A DNA stretch of 64,000 bases, from contig NC_089429.1 in the NCBI RefSeq assembly GCF_026210795.1, positions 7,812,001 to 7,876,000 of the forward strand, written 5' to 3'. Below the pieces are notes generated by a model. That model worked only from the letters and a program-made list of their open reading frames with translations, was not told the origin of the DNA and made no database searches. The position numbers were made by a program, and so were the translations under genes. Below, one piece after another: positions 1 through 10,860 of the stretch; within the stretch, counting starts at the first letter, position 1, and the number at the start of each line of letters is the position of its first letter. Source of the DNA: Rhizophagus irregularis. Its lineage: Eukaryota.

Positions 1-229
1 AACCCCCAGTTAATTGAGTTTTTTATTAATAAATTAAATATTTTAATTTAAATTGATAAAAATTTTACAACACATTCAATAAATGAATATCATTCTTCAT
101 TCAAAGAATCAAATCACATCACATTACAACAAAAGTACCAATAATTGTTTGAAAATTTTCGTTCCAATGTTCCTAATCTGAAAATTCATATTGAAATCCC
201 ACAGCGTAAAAGCAAAGACGAAAAAATAA

Positions 230-806
230 AAGGAAAGTAAAAGAAACATTGAGAAAAAGAAGACAAAAACTATAAAAAAGAAAAAATACAGAGGATTGAA
301 CACTTCAATTATGAACTACTTCAAACAAAGCGTAGTTTGAAATAAATGTAAAAAAGTGAAAACAAAACTAAAAATTAAATAAAAACAAAAAGAAGGTTAC
401 AGATAAACATCAAACACGGATAGATGAATTGAACACATCCTAATAGTAAAGTCGCTTAAACTGAACGTAACCTAAAGTAAAGTAAGAACGGAAGTGAGAA
501 CGAAGACAAAATCTAAAAAAAAAAAAGATGAAGGTTGAACATAACTTAAACTATAACCTAAAATAAAATAAGGACGAAAGTAAGAAAAAAGACAAAAATT
601 TAATCAAAAACAAAGGTTGAACATACTTCGATCATAAATTGCTAAACCGTAACCTATAATAGAATCGAAGGTGAGAACAAAAGCAAAAATCCTAAATAAA
701 AAAAAATAAAGGTTTAAACTTACCCTGATCATATGAGCAATTTCAACCCAAACCATAACCTAAAATAAAGAAAAAAACAAAAGTGAGAACGAAGACGAAA
801 ATTAAA
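230..806. repeat. Degenerate tandem array of ~85-100 bp A-rich units
   Basis: Recurring motifs AAGGTTGAAC, AACCTAAAATAAA and GAAGTGAGAACGAAGACAAAA in about 5-6 imperfect copies (e.g. ~468-512, ~555-600, ~650-690, ~757-800). Confidence 0.7.
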
Positions 807-829
807 AAAGGGGCATGTTACATGCGCGG

Positions 830-2800
830 TGATTGATAAGAGAAGGTATATTAACGTTATCAATTCGTGCGCTGTAAAAATGCAGCTAATATCGAAGAAC
901 GTAATTGTTGTTGTATTTTTGGTAAAAGTTACTTATACCTACACATTCACCAATTATTATTATTACACACCAAACACTCTTGATCTCAACTTCATCAAAA
1001 AGAATTTAACGTTCCTTCCAAGCCAAGATATAAATACTACACACTCTTCTATTATACGCTCTACTCATCAACTCGTATACCTTCCTTAACTTCATAAAAT
1101 AATAAAGGAAACAATGCATCAAATAAAAATTTTCGTTACACACCAAACACACATGATCCGCAACTTCGTTAGTTTCATTTCTTTCCACATCACATGATCA
1201 AGAAATAGATCACATCCTATTAGGACCATAGCATGAATTTTCATCATCTATATCTCCGTAAGATATTGCAATAGCAGCTTTGAAAAAGACACTAGAGATT
1301 AAGAGATGCAAATCTTTTTATATAACGTTTTGATAGACTTCAGATTTTCTAACGGATCCGTTGATTAAATTCGTAAATTCTCCCTTGTTGAAATTGTCAT
1401 AATTTTTGATCTGACTTGTTCAATCGAGGTTCATTTCATGAATATAAAGCTTTGACGCTTGGGTTTTGAGCATTGATAACATTGCAGATGGAAACAATGG
1501 GTATTATCGTTTCTTGATCAAATTAATTAGTTTATCGATATCCTTATCACCTTAACATCTTCTCTTGGATCATGTCATCTCCTTCTCTCTTTACAATCAT
1601 CCTCGAAGTAATCATCGTACTCATTTCCTAACTAGTTCATCCTTCTTTCGTTCCTCCTATTATTACCTCTGTTTAGACAATCTCAAAACCAGCAGGCATA
1701 CCATTGAATTCGTCCATAAAATATACTGTATGTTTACCTCATTTGTACTTGAAGCTTAATTGGTTGTAAAAACTAGTAACTAGCGTATTTTTTGTTGTTA
1801 GGGCTCAAATTTTTTTGTTCGAGTACCACTAGCATTAAGTTATACCCTTGTATTTGTAACAATTCTGGTAGAACCAGCAATTAATAATGCCTGATCTTTT
1901 CTCTTAAATTTGAATCATTATCTCATTCGCTAAGCCATCTTTCCACATCTTTCACTTTACCACGAAATAACCAAGGTTTTGGCGATATTTTTTTCTGTCC
2001 ACAATTGTGCGGTATTAGATGAAGCGGGTGAAGCGACTGCAGTAATTGCATCAGAAAGTTTCGTAATAAGAGCTTTTGATTTAGAGGATTTTATATTAAG
2101 TCTTGGAAGAAGTTCTAACCAGTCCTAACGGAACTTTAACAGCTGATCCTCATTAGAATGGGTTCAAACTTGCCCGAGCACAATATTAAAGCTGTAATAT
2201 AATAAGATCTCGTGGCGTTTGGCGAGAAAACTTAAAGTTTTATAAGTAAACACATTTCTCCACCTCCGGAGTCGTTGGACCAGATCTATTCAAATAAGAC
2301 CAGGCCTACTATGATATCAGGAGAGTCACTTTCTTCAACTTTTATAGGGGTAATGACAGCAGCCGAACTTTATTAGGAATAATACTCGTCCGTCCTTCTC
2401 CTATACGATTGCCAAGTAATTAAGCGTACCACAGAATATTATACACTTATACGTCTCTTGCTTGTATGAATCGCCAATCCAAAATCCGAAATCTTTATCT
2501 TATCATCAAGTACATTAATATTTTTTCTGGCAAATCTCGATGAATGACATTTTTCTTTTGAATATAGACAAGAGCATCTGGATACCTTTTTATCGTTATC
2601 ATCCAAATTCTTTTTTTTTTTTGGTCGGGTTACAATGCCAGGTTTATTAGAAGGTTTGTTTCGTTTTTATAATTATAATTCTGTTATTAATAAATCAGGG
2701 TAGGGAAACCAGAAACAGATTTGAAGGAAGAACTTGCTATGTTTTATTTTACAAGATTGTATCAGTGTTTGGAAAAAAATGCCAACTACAAATTATGGTA
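830..2800 (-). mobile_element. Possible heavily decayed retroelement (non-LTR-like) relic
   Basis: Intron-free, coding-like minus-strand sequence broken by stops and frameshifts, with a Cys/His fragment (ETNEVADHVCLVC), upstream of the tandem array. No intact RT motif seen, so the assignment is weak. Confidence 0.25.
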
Positions 2801-3688
2801 TTATCATAAAAAAAATTCACCCGAAAATCTTTTATATGATGACACAGTGACACAAGTATCACGAAAAACTTTCAATTACTTAATACAGTGACACCTATAT
2901 AAATTCTCTTTAAGTGCTTAATATTTTACTGCACCCTCATTACATACTCTGGATTCAAAGACAAGTTAATACCCGTTGGAAGGTATTTGTGACAGGTGGC
3001 CAATGTAATTCCGTTTATTCAAAAATAAGGGGAGTACGTTAATCCAAAAAAAATGGGAAGGATGTTTCGATCCAAAATCATGGGGATTTTTGTGTTTACC
3101 AAAAAGCTGGGAGTACAAGTTTATCTATATAACGATATAAAAAGTTGTCAGACAACAAAGGGACACCTTCACCTCACTTTAGGGTGAATTAGGGCCACCC
3201 CCGGACCACCTACATAAGTAGGTATGGTGATGTATAGCATCTCGGCCCACTCCAAATCACGTGTTTGGCCCGTCGTGTTATTTGTCACTTCTGTAAACTG
3301 TCACATATAGTGCAAACTCTACTCATCACCCTGACCCGACCATACTCCTATCCGTAGCACTCATTTGGGGCAGTATATTATGAAAACAATATCTGATATA
3401 TCGATTATCGAGGTCGTGATTAATCACATGATCTATCAATTTCATTGGCTGGCAAATGTCAGATTTCTAATGACGTACTTATCGTATCAGTGATCAGACT
3501 GATCAGTCCTCTCAACAACTTTTCTGACTTTCAAAATGGCTTTTTTACTTTGCTCTGCTGTATTTCGTCATATTAAGCCACAAGAGTTTATTTTATTAGT
3601 CATGATTAAGAAAGAAAGCTTCGACAGTTTTTTTTATTATTTTTTATCAAACTTAAAGTCGACGTTTTAAACAGAGAATTTTTTAAAA

Positions 3689-6263
3689 ATGAACAGTGAT
3701 CAAGATAGTAAGTCTCATTTGTTTCATATTCTTCCTATGTATTCTCACCACTTTCAGGAGTTAAAATTCTTTATTTGGTTTTAGAACTCCATAACTATCT
3801 TAAAGGACAAGAAAAATTATCGTATTTATCGTATTATGGCTTTCTACTACGCAACCGTAAGGTTATTGTTGAATCGATATCATTCCCAAATACGTGGGAC
3901 AATCTTAACATTATGTGGAAAACTAAGTTTCTAAAAGAAGCGGAACAAATTTTTGATAAAGAAAGCTATATTTATTTAAAAAATAAGGTGCGTTTTATAT
4001 TTCGCAGTTTGTGGGTAACTCCGGGTTGATTGCGATTGACTTTAGGAGAATTACTGGGTTTGACAACTTGGTATCCATCCCAAGTCCTCAATTCAGGCGC
4101 CCTAAATTTGTCGTTAATAAAGATTTTTTAATTCTGGAGGAGGAATTAAATGTGAAATATAATAAGTTAAGGCAACTCCGGGTTGATTGCGATTGACTTT
4201 AGGAGAATTACTGGGTTTGACAACTTGGTACCCATCCCAAGTCCTCAATTCAGGCGCCCTAATGCACTACTAACGAGTCTCTTCTTTACAACAGGTAGAT
4301 GCTGAAAATAGACGGTTATATAAAAAGTTAAGAATCCTATGGGAAGAGATAATAAATACATACAAGGAAAACAAAGAAAATCACAATGGTACTGGTAATA
4401 CATTCACACTCTATATTCATTAAATAATGTATTAAGTAATTACTTATTTGTATATAACGAAACTTTCAATGTAGGAGTTGATGTAAAGAAAGGAAAATAT
4501 TCCAAAGATAGCAGTGTAGCTCCTCTCGTAGAAACTATAGAAATTGTAAATTCAGGCGATGAATCAGAAATATATTCCAACATTAATGATAATGAGTACA
4601 AGGATGACCTGGATGTTGAGTTTTTCGGGTCTGAAGTTGGACCAAGCATCGCTACTACCGAATTTAAATCAAAGAATAGAATCTCTACTTCAGTATACCC
4701 CACTGAAGATAGCCCAATGGAAACTTGGATATTGCCTTCTGGCAAATCGGTAGTTGACGTAATAAGTGGCCATTCTTCTTTACATAAATCCCAGTAAGTT
4801 TTAGATCATTATTTCTTTTCCCTCTGCTTTTCAATCTAACTTATATTCATTTGCACATAGTCCATCTTATATGGGGATTATACGACTTGGAACGAAGATT
4901 CAACAGCCAGAGTGGATTGGGAGCGACGACTGGGAATATTTACAAGAAAGCGTTGAATTTCCCAAGGATTCACTAGGACCAGACGCGAAGAAACTATTTA
5001 ACGATTTATTAGAAACAGTAAGTATTTAATAAAACTCTTGATAATGTACTATTGTATATTTAATTCTATTATTAACTAATTGCAGAACTCCCTTGCGGAA
5101 TACTCGGAATGTATTAACAACGCAAAATTCGATGCAAAAAATAAACAAATGGTATTTGTTGTAAATGTACTTCGATGGTTGTAAGTATTTTGTATAACGA
5201 TGTCATTTAATTTTGTTATTGTTCTGATCATTAATTTATTTTTAATATTAAGTGCGGATGTAGTTTTCAATCCTACGAACGCGTTCCACTGTCCTTGTGA
5301 ACAAGAATCTATTTTGGGATCACTTCTATTGCATCCCATTTTACAATACGTCTCAAACATTTATAATAAATATGTTTATATTCCGTATGTTTCAGAATTT
5401 CATGTCAAATGTTTTTCACTTTAATAATTGAAATATATTGCTTTCTCTCAAAATAGAGGAGAATTCTATCTTCAAGCAAGCGCAAATCAGCGCTTGATTC
5501 GACGTAACATTAAGCCTGAGGACAATAAACCATTAGGTCTTAAAATTGATGGAGTTTTTGAGTCTACTGGTAATAGACCGTTTGAATTTGGGATGATAGA
5601 GATGTCCGGTGGGTATAACACCGATGATTTTCCTCGATATCTGAAAGACCACGTTCGTGGATGCTGGGGTATGCGAGACCTTCTCAATAACATTGCAACG
5701 ATGCTTCCATGTGGCGATTATAAGGTTATGAGACAACTTCGTGTATGGTTTCTTCATACACATGGTAAGTAAAGCGAAGTGTGAACTTTTGAGTTTTAAC
5801 TTTTCAATAATTATTAAACCAAGTGTCCACATTTACTAGGACAAGATGTGCAAATTTGGGGAATGGACATTCCTGCTAAGAAAGTTTATCGTATGTTTCT
5901 CCTCGGTACTTTCCGGTTCCCAATCAGTTGGGAGGATCACTACGAACTTATGCATGCGCTACCGATATTATGGAATTTCGGAGTAAGTTTATTATTTTTG
6001 GTTTTTCTTATAATGAAGCATCTCATTTCTGATCTTTTTTTGCACAGAAAGGTTTAAATGAAACTGTTGACGTACTTGAGAAGTTAAAGAAATCACACAG
6101 CCGCAATTCAATTTTATCCTCTAAAACTTCAGCATTGAAAACTTATATTCGGCCTATTAAGCAATCTCCAAAAAAACCTACTCGCAAAAAGGCGCGTACT
6201 ATAAATCCAATGAAGCGTGAACAGCTTGAGGATCCGCCTTCTCCATCACCTGTTTTTTATTAG
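3689..6263 (+). CDS. 10-exon ~563-aa protein with C-terminal PD-(D/E)XK / restriction-endonuclease-like motif
   Basis: Hand-spliced exons 3689-3707, 3785-3987 (alternative in-frame acceptor 3758), 4295-4394, 4475-4793, 4861-5017, 5086-5180, 5253-5384, 5457-5764, 5840-5982, 6048-6263. All introns GT-AG, open frame of 1692 nt. Motifs WILPSGKSVVDVI, GEFYLQASANQR and GLKIDG...FEFGMIEMSGG resemble an REase-fold catalytic core (inference). Confidence 0.85.
4017..4262 (+). repeat. Intronic repeat-spacer-repeat cassette (89 bp + 68 bp + 89 bp)
   Basis: 4017-4105 and 4174-4262 differ at one base (GGTATCC vs GGTACCC). Both lie in intron 2 (3988-4294), just upstream of a TACTAAC branch site. Confidence 0.95.
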
Positions 6264-6699
6264 AATATATTTTTTTTTGTGAATCGCAAAAAAAACAAAA
6301 TCTTATTAATATGATTAATATGTAATATTAAAATTTCGGCAGAAAAATAAATAAATATGCATATATGCAATTAATCTACTACTATTTTCATCATGATTGA
6401 ATATCAGTTCCAATCTCAAATTTTTGACAGAGCTCTCTTAATTATTGACCTATTTTGGTATTACACTGCAGGATAGCGCCAATCTAACATGTGATTTGTA
6501 TTACATATGATGAACATTTTTATTTTCTATAGATGGTTCTTATTGTATGCGATACAGGAGCAGTCCTACCGGTCCGTCTTTTTAAGGGTAAGACCGTAGG
6601 ACCGCGGTCTTTTAGGCATCCTTAGATGTTATACGCAAAATATTATTTAAGTCCGGCAGATTGAGAATTGACGTGTTTTATGAACAAATACTAAATTTG

Positions 6700-7906
6700 T
6701 TTAATGACGAGATTCAACGACAATTGCATTCAGAAACTTAGTGTCATATGAAAAGGTAACATGACATTTATTTGTATCAAATGTTAAAGATGAAATTATT
6801 TTCTGCGTTTATTAATTTGTATACTTCACGTCAGTGAATTGCCTTAACAGTCTGTCAATATTTCAGTAACTTCCATATTGGGTGAGAATTCTCTAGTTAT
6901 GTGTTGTAGATATTCACATAGATATTTTAGATACTTCTGCAATAAGATCATCTTCATAAATAATAATAATATTTTATATATTATCAAAGTTCATGGTTAA
7001 AAATTTTATAACGTTCAATAAAAAAAAAAATTTTTTATATTACAATTGACCATTTATTATTGTATTACACGGTGTTATACACACATCGATCCTACTCTGA
7101 TGCCACTAATGATAGAGATTTCTTCTTTTTCCATCCAGATCACAAGAAATAATCCTTCTCTCCGTCATGTATTATTCGGGATCAACTACGAGATATGCAT
7201 TTTGAGCCTTATAATTTCCAATGTAAACATTAACATTGTTTGCATTTCTTCCAACAAACTCTTGAAGGGTCTTTCTCTGTTCTGCATATTCCAGTTTGTC
7301 ACCTGCATTGAATTGCGATCACGTGCAACCAATCATTTTTGCTTTATTACCATTATTGAGACTCTCGGAGTATAATTTAACCGGTCAATTTTATTATTGG
7401 TTCACACAACGATCGTCGCCGAGTTTTCGACTCGAAATTTTTTTTCTTCCAGAACAAATCAACGGATTGTATATTTAACCGCTTTTTCTTGTCAAAGTTT
7501 TCAAATATTATGTTTCCAATCTTTACGATCGATAACAACCTTAATAGCATAAATATCTTTAATCTCAGTTCTTAACTTCTGAGTCTCAGCAAATTGCGTA
7601 ATTTCCAAAGATATTGTCATATTACTTTGATCACACCTCATTCTTTTTAGAATTACTATGAAAAGTTCTTAAAGAATGGCTTTAAAAATTAATGGAAGCT
7701 TTTATGGTTAGTCAAGTCGATATAGATACAACACCTCTTTGGGACAATATGCATAATTTTCAAAATAGTGCATTTAGAGAGGGTGTGCATTTATAGAGGT
7801 AAAATAGTTAGAGATCATATAAGCTTGGGACCGAACCAGAGGGTGCATTTAGAGAGCGTATACATAGTGCAATTATGGAGAGTGCAATTATAGAGGTCTG
7901 AATGTA
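6700..7906 (-). mobile_element. Decayed Tc1/mariner (pogo/Tigger-like) transposon relic
   Basis: The minus strand begins TA-CATTCAGACCTCTATAATTGCACTCTCC, with repeated GTGCA(A/T)TTA..GAG subterminal motifs (7770-7906), typical of pogo-like termini. A stop-interrupted reading frame follows; the left boundary is uncertain. Confidence 0.45.
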
Positions 7907-9769
7907 ACAAGATAAATACTGATTAGGCGAATAAATAATTACAACAAATGATAATGAATATTGAAGTATTACCATTTTCCTCGCGGCTCTTTATTTCTTC
8001 GAGGGAGTGGTAGGGACAATTTAAGTTAATATTCAGAATTTTCACTAATTTATTTTTGCCGTTTTTCATGAATTTCTTTCATTTTTTTATATTTTAGGTA
8101 ATCCTACTATGGATTTCTTTTATCTTTTTTAAAAACAGTTTGTAGAGGTAAATTTTGAAGCAGTCTTAAACTTAATATTTTGTTATTTTTATTTGAATTT
8201 TAATGAATATATTTCACAAAGGTAAATTGAAGGTAAATTTGAAGCGCTCGACCGGTTCCTGCGCCGGTTCCTGCTCGACTGGGCTCCTGTTCGACTGGCT
8301 CCTGCGTGGCGTGGCGGGCTCCTGTGACAGTTTCTTAACCACTTTGCTCTTAAGTTATAAATTAATCCTGTAATATTTTTATTTAATGAAAAACGTTTTA
8401 TCATTACTCTTTTTCTGATTTTTAATTGTATTGTGCTTTTTTTTTTAGATATTTTACACATTCCGATCAATGTCCTGTATTGGGAGTTTCGTTAAATGAT
8501 TGATAATTTAGATCTATGGATTTCCTTTTTTTAATGGATCTTCCGATTTCACATTCAGTCCAAAGAGATTCTTAATGTGGGAGCACCTTATTCAATGCAT
8601 TCTTTTTGCATCGCAACGACTAGGTACTGAATAGAGGTTTGACCAAAACATCATCTCACAGATGTGAAATATGTATACCGAAGAAAATCAATCCTACGTC
8701 TTGATATGATGTCTTGATGTTCAAATATAATCTGTGATTTCGTGTCAACAAGGTTACATATATAGGGAAATCTTTTTAACATTTGAGAAATTCATGATAT
8801 GGTGAATGCTGGACAGATTCAACATATGAAAATATGCATAGTATCACTACTATAATTGTTAATGTTAAGGCAATGCAAGCAGTTCGCAAAGAAAATCAAC
8901 TTTCTCGTCTTTTGATTAGTATCACTCCCTCATTAGATTTAGTATTAATTTAGGAGATAATACCTCAATGTATAATCTCAGAATATGGCTTTTCTTATCA
9001 ACAACAAATATTATTGAGAAGTGGCGAATACTACTCTCGTACTAAAGAGAACAGGAATGGAGTCGTTACGAACGTAATTGTTTCAGAAAACCAAATACTG
9101 GCCATAAAAAGTGACAATAATTTCACTGATTTTTTCAAAGTGTATTTTGTTTAATTTTGGGTTAAGTTACATCTTGGTACATTACAGCCAACCCATTCTC
9201 CTCCAGATTTGATGTCTTGAAAGAACAACTAATACAGCTCATGGATACATTTTAAGTTGTAATTTAGTTTATCTTCATTTAAATCACACTCCTTCATTTA
9301 TCAGAAAATTAATTATTGAACATTTATTAAGATCATTATGTGTGTCACTAAGTATAAGATAACTCATTAGGGTTCGGAGATAATGCTTACGAAGCCATTG
9401 ATGTTCTATCAACTGATGATCGTAAAAGGTTCACTCTTCCTAATTACAAGATCTTGCACTCTGCAACTGTAAACGCTATTTCGGTATTTTAAAGTTGCAT
9501 CTCCTTTCCCAAAGATGAAAATAATTTAGAGAATGCACGAATGCGAACGCATATATGATGCAGATATAAATCAATTGTTAATTATGACTGAAATTGTAAA
9601 TGGCTGAATTCGAAGCAACCAGTAAATGCATTATAAACAGATTCTATAATAGTTACTGGATGGTGATGGCGCTCCTCCTGGTGCTGGTGCTCTACCCGCT
9701 GGTGATGGAAGATCAAAAGATCATATTTCCGTCGATATGAGGTCAAAATAATTATCAATACTTGAATCC

Positions 9770-10860
9770 TTGAATCTAGATTACATTTTTCCATCAGATT
9801 TTGGTCATTTGCTGCTACACGACATAACCTAACTTTGGCTGTTATTTTGTCAGCGGAATGAGTGTTTATATTTTACACTTGTTAGATTCTAATTCTGTTG
9901 AAAGAATCAAGAAAACACAACTTCTAAAGTGGCGGTGCGTGAATAGTCGCGTTTAGCGAGGAGGTATCCGGAGGAGTAAGCTCAATGGAAACCGGCTGGT
10001 GAGACGTTGTGTCAACATGTGCAGTTTCTGGATCAGGAGGAGTGGTCCAAACCTCAATGCAAAAATCATAGGTAAATTTTTCGACATACTGATTACATTA
10101 CAAAGTAGTGATCAACTATATTTTGAGTGACCCTTTCTATCACGCAACAAATACATGGGTATTTTGGAGTTGCCCTTCCGACAAACTCTCTGGTTATTTC
10201 CTGTTTGCTAAGTCGAATAATTTCCATGATTTGAGGTTAAGTTTCTTATCCATTCCAATGATGGTGAAATCTAATTAGTTTTTAGATGGAATGAGATGTT
10301 TATTCTGTTGAGAGAATCAAGAAAACACAACTTCTAAAGTGGCGGTGCGTGAATAGTCGCGTTTAGCGAGGAGGTATCCGGGGGAGTAAGCTCAACGGAA
10401 ACCGGCTGGTGAGACGTTGTGTCAACATGTGTAGTTTCTGGAGCAGGAGGAGTGGTCCAAACCTCAATGCAAAAATCATAGTTAAATTTTTCGACATACT
10501 GATTACATTACAAAGTAGTGATCAACTATATTTTGAGTGACCCTTTCTATCACGCAACAAATATATGGGTATTTTGGAATTTTAATTGCCCTTCCGACAA
10601 ACCCTCTAGTTATTTCCTGTTTACTAAGTCGAATAATTTCCATGATTTGAGGTTAAAAGTTTCAAGATGGTGAAACCTTGATTTTACCATCAGGATGAAT
10701 CTGGATTGCAATTTCCATCAGGATTTAGGTACATTTGTTGCTACATGAAAAATCCATATTGGCTGTTGTTTTTATCGATGAAATGAGATTTTTATTCTGT
10801 TGAGTGAATCAAGAAAATAATCACGCAACAAATGCGTTTTTTAGAATTTTATTTTGACTT
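9770..10860. repeat. Tandem duplication with ~410 bp period (two near-full units plus partials)
   Basis: ATTCTGTTGA.AGAATCAAGAAAACACAACTTCTAAAGTGGCGGTGCGTG starts at ~9892 and ~10302, with a third partial at ~10794. 9770-9870 also resembles 10695-10790. Confidence 0.9.

Larger units (their letters stand above)
3413..6431 (+). mobile_element. ~3.0 kb duplicated gene module, copy 1 (inverted copy at 44036-47055)
   Basis: Matches the reverse complement of 44036-47055 almost base for base, from GTCGTGATTAATCAC to TTTTTGACAGA. Flanks are unrelated; no TIR or TSD found. Confidence 0.8.

Noticed and set aside
4017..4262. CRISPR array
   Set aside because: Only two repeats, 89 bp long, inside a spliceosomal intron, with no cas genes. 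Kept as an unexplained cassette instead.
4440..5832. Antisense and alternate-frame ORFs overlapping the 10-exon gene (and their mirrors at 44626-46019)
   Set aside because: Shadow ORFs of the true spliced frame.
8189..9600. ORF 8189-8470 and neighbouring coding-like DNA
   Set aside because: The ORF rests on a short GGCTCCTG/GGTTCCTG low-complexity tract, and the surrounding frames are full of stops with no identifiable family.
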